DNA from: Escherichia phage teqhal
Strand: one strand, 5' to 3'
Length of the DNA stretch: 64,000 nt
Sequence record: MN895435.1
Made by a program: the position numbers and the translations under genes. The notes under the pieces were generated by a model, which worked only from the letters and a program-made list of their open reading frames with translations, searched no databases and had not been told where the DNA came from. Below, in pieces: positions 27,802-40,096 of the stretch (its first letter is position 1; the number at the start of each line of letters is the position of its first letter).

Positions 27802-28071
27802 ATGGCTAAAAAAGAAATGGTTGAATTTGATGAAGCTATCCATGGCGAAGACTTGGCTAAATTTATTAAAGAAGCATCTGATCATAAACTGAAAATTTCC
27901 GGTTATAATGAATTGATTAAAGATATTCGAATTCGTGCCAAAGATGAACTTGGTGTTGATGGCAAGATGTTTAATCGTCTTTTGGCTCTATATCATAAAG
28001 ATAACCGTGATGTGTTTGAAGCTGAAACCGAAGAGGTAGTTGAACTTTATGACACAGTTTTCTCTAAATGA
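27802..28071 (+). CDS. dsbA: double-stranded DNA-binding protein DsbA
   Basis: 89 aa, the T4 DsbA length; position between rnh and 33. Confidence 0.75.
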   Translation: MAKKEMVEFDEAIHGEDLAKFIKEASDHKLKISGYNELIKDIRIRAKDELGVDGKMFNRLLALYHKDNRDVFEAETEEVVELYDTVFSK

Positions 28072-28387
28072 TATTCGCCCGGTCGATGAGACCGGTCTTT
28101 CAGAAAAAGAACTTTCAATCAAGAAAGAAAAGGATGAAATAGCAAAGCTTCTTGATCGTCAAGAAAATGGATTTATTATTGAAAAAATGGTAGAAGAGTT
28201 TGGAATGAGTTATCTTGAAGCTACGACAGCATTCTTAGAAGAAAACTCTATTCCTGAAACTCAATTTGCTAAATTTATTCCTTCGGGTATAATTGAAAAA
28301 ATTCAGTCAGAAGCTATTGACGAAAATCTTTTACGTCCTTCTGTTGTTCGTTGTGAAAAAACTAATACATTAGATTTTCTGCTATGA
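28049..28387 (+). CDS. 33: late transcription co-activator gp33
   Basis: 112 aa from ATG at 28049, the T4 gp33 length; overlaps dsbA 3' end. Confidence 0.75.
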   Translation: MTQFSLNDIRPVDETGLSEKELSIKKEKDEIAKLLDRQENGFIIEKMVEEFGMSYLEATTAFLEENSIPETQFAKFIPSGIIEKIQSEAIDENLLRPSVVRCEKTNTLDFLL

Positions 28388-29037
28388 TTAAACTCCGCAT
28401 GCCTGCTGGTGGTGAAAGATACATTGATGGTAAATCAGTTTATAAATTATACTTAATGATAAAACAACATATGAATGGAAAGTATGATGTTATTAAGTAT
28501 AATTGGTGCATGCGGGTGTCTGATGCCGCTTATCAAAAACGAAGAGATAAGTATTTTTTCCAAAAGCTATCAGAAAAGTATAAATTAAAAGAATTGACTT
28601 TAATTTTTATTAGCAATCTTGTAGCTAACCAAGATGCTTGGATTGGTGATATCTCTGACGCTGATGCATTAGTATTTTATCGTGAATATATCGGTCGCTT
28701 AAAGCAAGTTAAATTTAAATTTGAAGAAGATATTAGGAATATCTATTATTTTAGTAAAAAAGTTGAAGTTTCTGCTTTTAAAGAAATCTTTGAGTATAAT
28801 CCAAAAGTTCAATCAAGTTATATTTTTAAACTACTTCAATCGAATATAATTTCGTTTGAGACGTTTATCTTGCTTGATTCATTTTTAAATATAATTGATA
28901 AACATGATGAACAGACTGATAATTTAGTCTGGAATAATTATTCTATAAAGTTAAAGGCTTATAGAAAAATTTTAAATATTGATTCACAGAAAGCTAAAAG
29001 TGTTTTTATTGAAACTGTGAAATCTTGCAAATATTAA
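28384..29037 (+). CDS. 59: helicase loader gp59
   Basis: 217 aa, the T4 gp59 length; directly upstream of gene 32. Confidence 0.8.
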   Translation: MIKLRMPAGGERYIDGKSVYKLYLMIKQHMNGKYDVIKYNWCMRVSDAAYQKRRDKYFFQKLSEKYKLKELTLIFISNLVANQDAWIGDISDADALVFYREYIGRLKQVKFKFEEDIRNIYYFSKKVEVSAFKEIFEYNPKVQSSYIFKLLQSNIISFETFILLDSFLNIIDKHDEQTDNLVWNNYSIKLKAYRKILNIDSQKAKSVFIETVKSCKY

Positions 29038-29062
29038 TTGCTTATTATAAATAGATTATAAT
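29036..29062 (+). promoter_or_regulatory. putative MotA-dependent middle promoter, overlapping a late-promoter motif, for gene 32
   Basis: MotA-box-like TTGCTTAT about 12 bp upstream of TATAAT; TATAAATA at 29046..29053. Confidence 0.45.
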
Positions 29063-29070
29063 TATCTCAC

Positions 29071-29136
29071 TGACCAGCTATGAGGTCATACATCGTCATA
29101 GCACCAACTGTTAATTAAATTAAAAAGGAAATAAAA
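29071..29136 (+). promoter_or_regulatory. gene 32 autoregulatory translational operator (pseudoknot plus A/U-rich region)
   Basis: tgacc-agctatga-ggtca-tacatcg-tcatagc gives two interleaved stems (tgacc/ggtca and gctatga/tcatagc), followed by A/U-rich sequence up to the gene 32 ATG. Confidence 0.75.
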
Positions 29137-30045
29137 ATGTTTAAACGTAAATCTACTGCTGAACTCGCTGCACAAATGGCTAAACTGGCTGGAAATAAAG
29201 GTGGTTTTTCTTCTGAAGATAAAGGCGAGTGGAAACTGAAACTCGATAATGCGGGTAACGGTCAAGCAGTAATTCGTTTTCTTCCGTCTAAAAATGATGA
29301 ACAAGCACCATTCGCAATTCTTGTAAATCACGGTTTCAAGAAAAATGGTAAATGGTATATTGAAAACTGTTCATCTACCCACGGTGATTACGATTCTTGC
29401 CCAGTATGTCAGTACATCAGTAAAAATGATTTGTACAACACTGACAATAAAGAGTACAGTCTTGTTAAACGTAAAACTTCTTATTGGGCTAATATTCTTG
29501 TTGTAAAAGACCCAGCTGCTCCAGAAAATGAAGGTAAAGTATTTAAATATCGTTTCGGTAAGAAAATCTGGGATAAAATCAACGCGATGATTGCGGTTGA
29601 TGTTGAAATGGGTGAAACTCCGGTTGATGTAACTTGTCCGTGGGAAGGTGCTAACTTTGTACTGAAAGTTAAACAGGTTTCTGGATTTAGTAATTACGAT
29701 GAATCTAAATTCCTGAATCAATCTGCGATTCCAAACATTGACGATGAATCTTTCCAGAAAGAACTGTTCGAACAAATGGTTGACCTTTCTGAAATGACTT
29801 CTAAAGATAAATTCAAATCGTTTGAAGAACTGAGCACTAAATTCGGTCAAGTTATGGGAACTGCTGTGATGGGCGGTGCTGCTGCAACTGCTGCTAAGAA
29901 AGCTGATAAAGTTGCTGATGATTTGGATGCATTCAATGTTGATGACTTCAATACAAAAACTGAAGATGATTTTATGAGCTCAAGCTCTGGCAGTTCATCT
30001 AGTGCTGATGACACGGACCTGGATGACCTTTTGAATGACCTTTAA
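29137..30045 (+). CDS. 32: single-stranded DNA-binding protein gp32
   Basis: 302 aa; zinc-binding Cys/His cluster ([15 protein letters not shown]); acidic Ser/Asp-rich C-terminal tail. Confidence 0.9.
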   Translation: MFKRKSTAELAAQMAKLAGNKGGFSSEDKGEWKLKLDNAGNGQAVIRFLPSKNDEQAPFAILVNHGFKKNGKWYIENCSSTHGDYDSCPVCQYISKNDLYNTDNKEYSLVKRKTSYWANILVVKDPAAPENEGKVFKYRFGKKIWDKINAMIAVDVEMGETPVDVTCPWEGANFVLKVKQVSGFSNYDESKFLNQSAIPNIDDESFQKELFEQMVDLSEMTSKDKFKSFEELSTKFGQVMGTAVMGGAAATAAKKADKVADDLDAFNVDDFNTKTEDDFMSSSSGSSSSADDTDLDDLLNDL

Positions 30046-30067
30046 TAGATTATATTACTAATTAATT

Positions 30068-30092
30068 GGGGACCTCTAGGGTCCCTTTTTTT
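30068..30092 (+). terminator. rho-independent terminator after gene 32
   Basis: ggggacc-tcta-gggtccc hairpin followed by TTTTTTT. Confidence 0.7.
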
Positions 30093-30118
30093 ATTTCAAA
30101 AATTTTTTCACAAAATGG

Positions 30119-30147
30119 TTTACATCCTTGTCCTTCCATGGTACTAT
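30119..30147 (+). promoter_or_regulatory. early promoter
   Basis: -35 TTTACA, 17 bp spacer, TG-extended -10 TGGTACTAT, A/T-rich UP-like sequence. Confidence 0.55.
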
Positions 30148-30190
30148 ACAACTATCGGCAATACTGCTGATGATTAAAGAGGAAAATAAT

Positions 30191-30421
30191 ATGGCTAAAG
30201 TTGATATTGACATCGTTGATTTTGAATATATCGAAGAAATTATTCGTAATCGTTATCCTGAACTTAGTATCACAAGTATTCACGATGATCCCAATTATTG
30301 CAATTTTTCTATTGTCATTGAAGGTCCTCTTGAAGACCTCACCCGCTTTATGGCTAATGAATATTGTGATGGCATGGATTCTGAAGACGCAGAATTTTAC
30401 ATGGGACTGATTGAACAATAA
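30191..30421 (+). CDS. hypothetical acidic protein, 76 aa (frd.3-like position)
   Basis: AAGAGGAAAATAATATG RBS (track start 30128 lies inside the promoter). Confidence 0.45.
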   Translation: MAKVDIDIVDFEYIEEIIRNRYPELSITSIHDDPNYCNFSIVIEGPLEDLTRFMANEYCDGMDSEDAEFYMGLIEQ

Positions 30422-30465
30422 TTATCAAGGGGCTATCAAGCCCCTATTAAAATGAGGAAACCGTA

Positions 30466-30846
30466 ATGTATACCGGTAAAAAGTATGAACTTGTTCCAAG
30501 ACTTATTGATACATTTATTAATTATAGCCCACGTTCTAATTCATCAATCGTTAAAGCTATTCGAGATAATGGCGGATGGTTTGAAGTTAAAGAAGTTTCC
30601 GTCGCTAATGGATATAAAGCAGTAAAACACATTGAATGCGCAAATGGAAAGCATTTTTACCTCAAAGATAGACTTTTAGAAATTTGCGAAGATGAATTTC
30701 ATTGTTTTCGTGAGTATAAAGAACCGACTTCTGAAGAAGATGAAGTCAAAGACAAGGTTTCTGGCGTAACAAAAATTCACTGCATTGTAGATGAAAACAA
30801 TGTAGATGAAATCATTGAACTTTTGCGAAAAACTTTTAAGGCCTAA
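30466..30846 (+). CDS. hypothetical protein, 126 aa
   Basis: GAGGAAACCGTAATG RBS. Confidence 0.5.
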   Translation: MYTGKKYELVPRLIDTFINYSPRSNSSIVKAIRDNGGWFEVKEVSVANGYKAVKHIECANGKHFYLKDRLLEICEDEFHCFREYKEPTSEEDEVKDKVSGVTKIHCIVDENNVDEIIELLRKTFKA

Positions 30847-30847
30847 T

Positions 30848-31069
30848 ATGACTAAAGATGATTTCCTGGATGCGGTAGAAAAAGCTAGTGAGAAATTTGA
30901 AGTGATGGGTGTACGGGTCCATAAAGACAGAAATTACGGGCTCGATATTCAAACGTATTCGTTATGGCTTGTGGGTGAACACAGTCTTGTAACCAGTTTA
31001 GTTATGGTGTCGATACCTATCCTCTATTGGTCAAGTTCAGAAGTATGGAAAAGGCTACTAAAGAAATGA
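30848..31069 (+). CDS. hypothetical protein, 73 aa
   Basis: ATG immediately after upstream stop; start uncertain. Confidence 0.4.
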   Translation: MTKDDFLDAVEKASEKFEVMGVRVHKDRNYGLDIQTYSLWLVGEHSLVTSLVMVSIPILYWSSSEVWKRLLKK

Positions 31070-31164
31070 TTAAGCTTGGTAAGTGGCTCGATAAAATTCA
31101 AAAATAATTGTTTACAACGGGCTATGGTAATGATACTATAGCCTTATCAACTAAGGAGAATAAA

Positions 31165-31407
31165 ATGAGATTACAACGTCAGAGCATCAAAGATTCGGAA
31201 GTTAGAGGTAAATGGTATTTTAATATCATCGGTAAAGATTCTGAACTTGTTGAAAAAGCTGAACACCTTTTACGTGGCATGGGATGGGAAGATGAATGTG
31301 ATGGGTGTCCGCTTTATGAAGACGGTGAAAGCGCAGGATTTTGGATTTACCATTCTGACGTCGAGCAGTTTAAAGCCGATTGGAAAATTGTGAAAAAGTC
31401 TGTTTAA
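31165..31407 (+). CDS. hypothetical protein, 80 aa
   Basis: AAGGAGAATAAAATG conserved leader; promoter-like GTTTACA...TGATACTAT upstream. Confidence 0.45.
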   Translation: MRLQRQSIKDSEVRGKWYFNIIGKDSELVEKAEHLLRGMGWEDECDGCPLYEDGESAGFWIYHSDVEQFKADWKIVKKSV

Positions 31408-31417
31408 GGAAAATAAT

Positions 31418-32244
<827 letters not shown>

Positions 32245-32263
32245 AATAACGCGTGGCGGAAAT

Positions 32264-32611
32264 ATGAATTTTAATTATTACCCTATTCTATTAGAAAAAG
32301 ATGAGAAACAGCCAAAGTGGCAGGGTCCTCAGTTTATTAAAGGCGTTTATCAATTAGTAGTTCCTAAAGACAAGATTTATAGTAGTTGTTTCACTGAATC
32401 CGCTTGCAGTATTTTCGGTAATAGTTCTCCGTATTGGAATTTTGACATAAAGCTGGATAGAAATATTGATATTTGGTTGAAAGCTATGGATATTGGTAAT
32501 ATCACGTTTGATGAGAATAATTATCATATTATTGGTCGTTTTTCCAAACGCGGTAAAGAATTATATTTCACACCTGAAATTGAGAGAAAATTTGATGCTA
32601 AACCGTATTGA
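32264..32611 (+). CDS. hypothetical protein, 115 aa, between frd and td
   Basis: ORF with weak RBS. Confidence 0.45.
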   Translation: MNFNYYPILLEKDEKQPKWQGPQFIKGVYQLVVPKDKIYSSCFTESACSIFGNSSPYWNFDIKLDRNIDIWLKAMDIGNITFDENNYHIIGRFSKRGKELYFTPEIERKFDAKPY

Positions 32612-32656
32612 TTATTTAGCTTCATAAAATGTATTATAATTTATATAAGGTACTAA

Positions 32657-33517
32657 ATGAAACAATACCAAGATTTAATTAAAGACATTTTTGAAAATGG
32701 CTATGAAACCGATGACCGAACGGGCACAGGAACAATTGCTCTGTTCGGTACTAAATTGCGTTGGGATTTAACCAAAGGTTTTCCTGCAGTAACAACTAAG
32801 AAGCTCGCCTGGAATGCATGCATTGCTGAGCTAATATGGTTTTTATCAGGAAGCACAAATGTTAATGATTTACGATTAATTCAACACGATTCGTTAATCC
32901 AAGGCAAAACAGTTTGGGATGAAAATTACGAAAATCAGGCAAAAGATTTAGGATACCATAGCGGTGAACTTGGTCCAATTTATGGAAAACAGTGGCGTGA
33001 TTTTGGCGGTGTAGACCAAATTATAGAAGTTGTTGATCGTATTAAAAAACTGCCAAATGATAGGCGTCAAATTGTTTCTGCGTGGAATCCAGCTGAACTT
33101 AAATATATGGCATTACCTCCTTGTCATATGTTCTATCAGTTTAATGTGCGTAATGGCTATTTAGATTTGCAGTGGTATCAACGTTCGGTAGATGTTTTCC
33201 TCGGTCTTCCATTTAATATTGCATCATATGCTACGTTAGTTCATATTGTAGCTAAGATGTGTAATCTTATTCCGGGAGATTTGATATTTTCTGGTGGTAA
33301 TACTCATATCTATATGAATCACGTAGAACAATGTAAAGAAATTTTGCGTCGTGAACCTATGGATTTATGCGAATTACAATTAAAATTTCCAGATGAATTT
33401 GATGAATGGGACACAGAATCGCAGGTATTTTGGTTGAGTCAATTTGCAAAGCCTCATAATTTTGTTCTTAACAACTATGTATCTCATCTGCCAATTAAAG
33501 GAAAAATGGCGGTATAA
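32657..33517 (+). CDS. td: thymidylate synthase, uninterrupted
   Basis: 286 aa continuous ORF; thymidylate synthase active-site region MALPPCHMFYQFNV. Confidence 0.9.
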   Translation: MKQYQDLIKDIFENGYETDDRTGTGTIALFGTKLRWDLTKGFPAVTTKKLAWNACIAELIWFLSGSTNVNDLRLIQHDSLIQGKTVWDENYENQAKDLGYHSGELGPIYGKQWRDFGGVDQIIEVVDRIKKLPNDRRQIVSAWNPAELKYMALPPCHMFYQFNVRNGYLDLQWYQRSVDVFLGLPFNIASYATLVHIVAKMCNLIPGDLIFSGGNTHIYMNHVEQCKEILRREPMDLCELQLKFPDEFDEWDTESQVFWLSQFAKPHNFVLNNYVSHLPIKGKMAV

Positions 33518-33540
33518 TTTTAATTTAATTGAGAGGATAT

Positions 33541-33804
33541 ATGATTTTACGATTTAAAGATACTTCTGGTGTCGTTCTTTTTACACTTCCTAATCCAAGC
33601 GAGTTAGAAGTTCCAGGACCAGAACAGCCTATTACCATTTATGGTAAAAAATACTATACTCATAAAATGACTCGTGAGTATTTTGACAATAAAATTTCCA
33701 CAGTTAAAACTTCTTCTGACTGTTACTACGATATTACTGTTTTAACGGAAAAACAATATGAAGAATTATTACCAACCGGGCCGTCTATGCCGGGTAGTGA
33801 ATAA
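33541..33804 (+). CDS. hypothetical protein, 87 aa
   Basis: GAGAGGATATATG RBS (track start 33529 is TTG). Confidence 0.45.
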   Translation: MILRFKDTSGVVLFTLPNPSELEVPGPEQPITIYGKKYYTHKMTREYFDNKISTVKTSSDCYYDITVLTEKQYEELLPTGPSMPGSE

Positions 33805-34084
33805 ATACAAATCCGACTTTGATGTTAATATTCACCGCGGTACATTTTGGGGAAATTACGTCGGTAAAGATGCTGGCAGCCGGGAGGCTGCCATTGAATT
33901 ATTCAAAAAAGATTTTATACGTCGAATTAAATCCGGAGAAATAACTAAAGCACATTTAGAGCCTTTACGTGGAATGAGGCTAGGATGCACATGTAAACCA
34001 AAGCCGTGTCATGGTGATATAATAGCTCATATAGTTAACCGATTGTTTAAAGACGATTTTCAAGTTGAGGACTTATGCAATTAA
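33758..34084 (+). CDS. hypothetical protein, 108 aa
   Basis: ORF overlapping upstream gene by 47 nt; start uncertain. Confidence 0.4.
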   Translation: MKNYYQPGRLCRVVNKYKSDFDVNIHRGTFWGNYVGKDAGSREAAIELFKKDFIRRIKSGEITKAHLEPLRGMRLGCTCKPKPCHGDIIAHIVNRLFKDDFQVEDLCN

Positions 34085-36339
34085 TTAATGTTATCAAAAG
34101 TAGTGGTGTTTCTCAGAGCTTTGACCCACAAAAAATTATTAAAGTTTTATCTTGGGCAGCTGAAGGAACATCGGTAGATCCTTATGAATTATATGAAAAT
34201 ATTAAATCTTATCTCCGTGATGGAATGACAACTGATGATATTCAGACTATTGTCATTAAGGCCGCTGCGAATTCTATTTCGGTTGAAGAGCCTGATTATC
34301 AATATGTAGCTGCACGTTGTCTAATGTTCGCTCTTCGTAAGCATGTTTATGGGCAGTATGAACCACGTTCATTTATTGACCATATTTCTTACTGTGTAAA
34401 TGAAGGTAAATACGACCCTGAATTATTGTCAAAATATTCAGCAGAAGAAATTACATTTTTAGAATCAAAAATTAAGCACGAGCGGGATATGGAATTTACT
34501 TATTCCGGGGCGATGCAATTAAAAGAAAAATATCTAGTTAAAGATAAAACCACTGGTCAAATTTATGAAACTCCACAGTTTGCATTTATGACTATTGGAA
34601 TGGCATTGCATCAAGATGAACCTGTTGATAGATTAAAACACGTTATCCGTTTTTATGAAGCAGTATCTACTCGACAGATTTCATTGCCAACTCCTATTAT
34701 GGCTGGTTGCCGTACTCCGACTCGACAGTTTAGTTCATGTGTTGTTATTGAGGCAGGTGATTCATTAAAGTCTATCAATAAGGCTTCCGCTTCAATTGTT
34801 GAATATATCTCTAAACGCGCTGGAATTGGTATTAACGTTGGTATGATTCGTGCTGAAGGTTCTAAGATTGGCATGGGTGAAGTACGCCATACCGGTGTTA
34901 TTCCTTTTTGGAAACATTTTCAGACTGCTGTTAAATCATGCTCACAGGGTGGAATTCGTGGCGGCGCTGCTACTGCTTATTATCCTATTTGGCATTTGGA
35001 AGTTGAAAATCTTCTCGTTTTGAAAAATAACAAAGGTGTAGAAGAAAACCGCATTCGTCATATGGATTATGGTGTTCAACTGAATGATCTAATGATGGAA
35101 CGTTTTGGAAAGAACGATTACATTACTTTGTTCAGTCCACATGAAATGGGTGGAGAGCTTTATTATTCTTATTTTAAAGACCAAGACCGTTTCCGTGAAT
35201 TATACGAAGCAGCAGAAAAAGACCCTAATATTCGTAAAAAGCGCATTAAAGCCCGTGAACTATTTGAATTGCTCATGACTGAACGCTCAGGAACAGCAAG
35301 GATTTATGTGCAGTTCATTGATAATACGAATAACTATACTCCGTTTATTCGTGAAAAGGCACCTATTCGTCAGAGTAACTTGTGCTGTGAAATTGCTATT
35401 CCAACAAATGATGTGAATAGCCCTGATGCTGAAATTGGATTGTGCACGTTATCTGCATTTGTGTTGGATAACTTCGATTGGCAAGACCAAGATAAAATTA
35501 ATGAATTAGCAGAAGTTCAAGTTCGTGCTCTTGATAATCTTTTGGATTACCAAGGATATCCAGTTCCTGAAGCAGAAAAAGCTAAAAAGCGTCGAAACCT
35601 TGGTGTAGGTGTTACTAACTATGCAGCTTGGCTGGCAAGTAACTTTGCTTCTTATGAAGATGCTAACGATTTAACACATGAACTATTTGAGAGATTACAG
35701 TATGGACTCATTAAAGCATCCATTAAGCTCGCCAAAGAAAAAGGACCTTGTGAATATTATTCAGACACTCGTTGGTCTCGAGGCGAATTACCTATCGACT
35801 GGTACAATAAAAAGATTGACCAAATCGCAGCTCCAAAATACGTTTGTGACTGGTCGTCGCTGCGGGAAGACCTTAAGCTCTTTGGCATCCGTAATAGCAC
35901 ATTATCAGCACTTATGCCATGTGAGTCATCTTCCCAAGTTTCTAACAGTACAAACGGTATCGAGCCTCCACGTGGACCAGTCTCTGTTAAAGAATCAAAA
36001 GAGGGCTCCTTTAATCAAGTCGTGCCCAATATTGAGCATAACATAGACCTCTATGATTATACATGGAAATTAGCTAAGAAAGGTAATAAACCTTATCTTA
36101 CGCAGGTAGCTATTATGCTGAAATGGGTATGTCAATCAGCTTCAGCGAATACATATTATGACCCACAGATTTTTCCAAAAGGAAAGGTTCCAATGTCAAT
36201 AATGATTGATGACCTTTTGTATTTTTGGTATTTTGGCGGAAAAAATTTCTATTATCATAATACCCGTGATGGTTCTGGTACTGATGATTATGAAATAGAA
36301 ACTCCAAAAGCTGAAGATTGTTCATCCTGTAAATTATGA
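34075..36339 (+). CDS. nrdA: ribonucleoside-diphosphate reductase large subunit
   Basis: 754 aa, the T4 NrdA length; class I RNR large-subunit sequence. Confidence 0.9.
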   Translation: MQLINVIKSSGVSQSFDPQKIIKVLSWAAEGTSVDPYELYENIKSYLRDGMTTDDIQTIVIKAAANSISVEEPDYQYVAARCLMFALRKHVYGQYEPRSFIDHISYCVNEGKYDPELLSKYSAEEITFLESKIKHERDMEFTYSGAMQLKEKYLVKDKTTGQIYETPQFAFMTIGMALHQDEPVDRLKHVIRFYEAVSTRQISLPTPIMAGCRTPTRQFSSCVVIEAGDSLKSINKASASIVEYISKRAGIGINVGMIRAEGSKIGMGEVRHTGVIPFWKHFQTAVKSCSQGGIRGGAATAYYPIWHLEVENLLVLKNNKGVEENRIRHMDYGVQLNDLMMERFGKNDYITLFSPHEMGGELYYSYFKDQDRFRELYEAAEKDPNIRKKRIKARELFELLMTERSGTARIYVQFIDNTNNYTPFIREKAPIRQSNLCCEIAIPTNDVNSPDAEIGLCTLSAFVLDNFDWQDQDKINELAEVQVRALDNLLDYQGYPVPEAEKAKKRRNLGVGVTNYAAWLASNFASYEDANDLTHELFERLQYGLIKASIKLAKEKGPCEYYSDTRWSRGELPIDWYNKKIDQIAAPKYVCDWSSLREDLKLFGIRNSTLSALMPCESSSQVSNSTNGIEPPRGPVSVKESKEGSFNQVVPNIEHNIDLYDYTWKLAKKGNKPYLTQVAIMLKWVCQSASANTYYDPQIFPKGKVPMSIMIDDLLYFWYFGGKNFYYHNTRDGSGTDDYEIETPKAEDCSSCKL

Positions 36340-36390
36340 TATAATTTGACTCACGGACGAGTCACCAACTATTAACTAAGCGGAAAATTT

Positions 36391-37569
36391 ATGAGCACAG
36401 TTTTTAATACAAATCCAGTTGATGTTTTAAAAGAACCTATGTTTTTTGGTTCAGGTCTTGGTATTGCGCGTTATGATATTCAACGCCATAAAGTTTTTGA
36501 AGATTTAACCGAAAAGCAATTATCATTTTTCTGGCGTCCTGAAGAAGTAAACTTAATGATGGATGCTGCACAGTTTAATAAGATTCCTCAGTATCAGCAA
36601 AATATTTTTACTAATAATCTGAAGTATCAATCACTTTTGGATAGCATTCAGGGTCGTGCGCCGTCTGCTGTACTTATGTCATTAATTTCAGACCCAAGCC
36701 TTGATACATGGGTTGCTACGTGGACTTTTAGTGAAACTATTCACTCTCGTTCATATACACATATCATGCGAAATCTTTATACTGATCCATCGAAGGTATT
36801 TGATGAGATTGTATTAGATGAAGCTATTATGAAACGTGCTGAATCCATTGGACGTTATTATGATGATGTTCTGACTAAAACTCGTTATTGGGAAAACGCT
36901 AAAGCTGATATCGAATACCAAAAAGAAATTAATGCAGACGAAGATGTTATTGAAGATGCTATTGAGCATGAGACATATTGGAAGCGTGAGCTAATGAAAT
37001 CTCTTTACCTCTGTTTGCATGTAATCAACGCATTGGAAGCTATTCGTTTTTATGTATCTTTCGCATGTACCTTTAACTTCCATAAGAACATGGAAATTAT
37101 GGAAGGCAATGCAAAGATTATGAAGTTCATTGCACGTGATGAGCAGCTTCATCTTAAAGGTACACAATATATTATTCGTCAACTTCAATCTGGTACTGAT
37201 GGCGATGAATGGGTTAAAATTGCTCAAGAGTGTGAACAAGAAGCAGTTGATATTTTCATGGAAGTTAACCGCCAAGAAAAAGATTGGGCAGTTCATTTAT
37301 TTAAAGATGGCGATGTTCCTGGATTAAATACAAATAGCATGTGGAGCTTTATTGATTACTTAACTGTATCTCGTATGAAACAGTGTGGTCTTCCATGCCC
37401 AATTACCGATGCTCCGGTTAAACATCCATATCCTTGGATTCGTGAATATCTTAATTCTGATAATGTTCAATCCGCGCCACAAGAAGTAGAACTGTCATCT
37501 TATCTTGTTGCACAGATTGATAATGATGTTGATGATAAAGTTATGATGAGTTTTAAAAAATACTTTTAA
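36391..37569 (+). CDS. nrdB: ribonucleoside-diphosphate reductase small subunit, uninterrupted
   Basis: 392 aa continuous ORF; R2-like di-iron ligand spacing. Confidence 0.9.
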   Translation: MSTVFNTNPVDVLKEPMFFGSGLGIARYDIQRHKVFEDLTEKQLSFFWRPEEVNLMMDAAQFNKIPQYQQNIFTNNLKYQSLLDSIQGRAPSAVLMSLISDPSLDTWVATWTFSETIHSRSYTHIMRNLYTDPSKVFDEIVLDEAIMKRAESIGRYYDDVLTKTRYWENAKADIEYQKEINADEDVIEDAIEHETYWKRELMKSLYLCLHVINALEAIRFYVSFACTFNFHKNMEIMEGNAKIMKFIARDEQLHLKGTQYIIRQLQSGTDGDEWVKIAQECEQEAVDIFMEVNRQEKDWAVHLFKDGDVPGLNTNSMWSFIDYLTVSRMKQCGLPCPITDAPVKHPYPWIREYLNSDNVQSAPQEVELSSYLVAQIDNDVDDKVMMSFKKYF

Positions 37570-37574
37570 GGAGT

Positions 37575-37590
37575 GGGCCGCAAGGCCCAT
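37575..37590 (+). promoter_or_regulatory. hairpin between the Shine-Dalgarno sequence and start codon of denA
   Basis: AAGGAG at 37568..37573, then gggcc-gcaa-ggccc hairpin, then ATG at 37597; linear SD-ATG spacing about 24 nt. Confidence 0.45.
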
Positions 37591-37596
37591 TTTATT

Positions 37597-39184
<1,588 letters not shown>

Positions 39185-39187
39185 GCT

Positions 39188-39242
39188 GTTTACAAGTCCC
39201 TCATGTTGTGTTACAGTAGTCTTACTGACATAACATGAGGAC
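39188..39242 (+). promoter_or_regulatory. promoter-plus-hairpin cassette, copy 1, upstream of alc
   Basis: GTTTACA -35 then imperfect hairpin cctcatgtt...aacatgagg enclosing a -10-like TACAGTAGT; right arm contains the GAGGA Shine-Dalgarno; near-identical copy at 55009..55062. Confidence 0.5.
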
Positions 39243-39248
39243 TTTATG

Positions 39249-39752
39249 ATGGATTTACAGCTTATTACTACTGAAATGGTCGTTGAAGCATACGGTGATA
39301 CTACAGATGGGATTTCTGTATTCAAAGGAAATCGTCGAGTTGGATATATCACCGATCTTAAGAAAGATTTAGCTAAGCAAGTCAAGCGGAAAACGACCAT
39401 TAAAGAATATCGAAATCGTCGTCTTGAGCAAGCCCGTGATATGCTTCCTGATGCGGTTGGGGAGATGAAAGTCTTTTTAGAAAATCAACTCGCTAAGTAT
39501 GATTGTGAAGTGTTCATTAATCAGACTCAACCTAATGTTCATATTAACAACTGTAAATGCTATATCATCGTTAATCCTTTGACGGGAAAACATCGTCTTG
39601 GAATTAGTAATCCAAATCGTAGTGCATCGGATATGGCAGAAGATGTTGAGGCATGCTTTAAAATTTCTAAATCTCCAGCTGAACATCATATTTTAATTAA
39701 CGGTCTTTCTCAAGACGATATTATAGAGGTTATTAAAACTTTATGCAATTAA
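39249..39752 (+). CDS. alc: Alc (blocks elongation of host transcription on cytosine DNA)
   Basis: 167 aa from second Met, the T4 Alc length; position between rnlA and pseT cluster. Confidence 0.65.
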   Translation: MDLQLITTEMVVEAYGDTTDGISVFKGNRRVGYITDLKKDLAKQVKRKTTIKEYRNRRLEQARDMLPDAVGEMKVFLENQLAKYDCEVFINQTQPNVHINNCKCYIIVNPLTGKHRLGISNPNRSASDMAEDVEACFKISKSPAEHHILINGLSQDDIIEVIKTLCN

Positions 39753-40096
39753 GTAATACGACAGCAGGCTTGTTATTAATTGTAATTGCATTGGGCGGAA
39801 CTTCTTTAATTTTAAAAAATAAAATTGAAAGATTAGAAACGTCTGTTGTAGAAATTACAAAAACGGCCAATGAAAACGCTTTAGCATTAGATAATTTGCG
39901 AATTCAGTATAATTATATTGATGCGATGAATAATAAAAATCGTGAGGCAATTGCTGCTATTGAGCGTGAAAATGAAAAACTGCGCAAAGACGCAAAGAAG
40001 GCGGATGTGGTGGCTCATAAGCCAGGATTGGTTGAAAAACAAATCAACAACTCCTTCAACAAGTTCGCAGAAGACATCCAGGACCTTTCTAAATGA
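39743..40096 (+). CDS. membrane-anchored coiled-coil protein, 117 aa
   Basis: N-terminal transmembrane helix then charged helical region. Confidence 0.5.
   Translation: MQLSNTTAGLLLIVIALGGTSLILKNKIERLETSVVEITKTANENALALDNLRIQYNYIDAMNNKNREAIAAIERENEKLRKDAKKADVVAHKPGLVEKQINNSFNKFAEDIQDLSK

Noticed and set aside
32612-32656. Group I intron or homing-endonuclease remnant near td
   Set aside because: td is a single continuous 286 aa ORF and the 45 bp upstream spacer is too short for intron core elements
35678-36325. ORFs inside nrdA (35678..36046 +, 36113..36325 -)
   Set aside because: Out-of-frame or antisense within a conserved 754 aa enzyme gene
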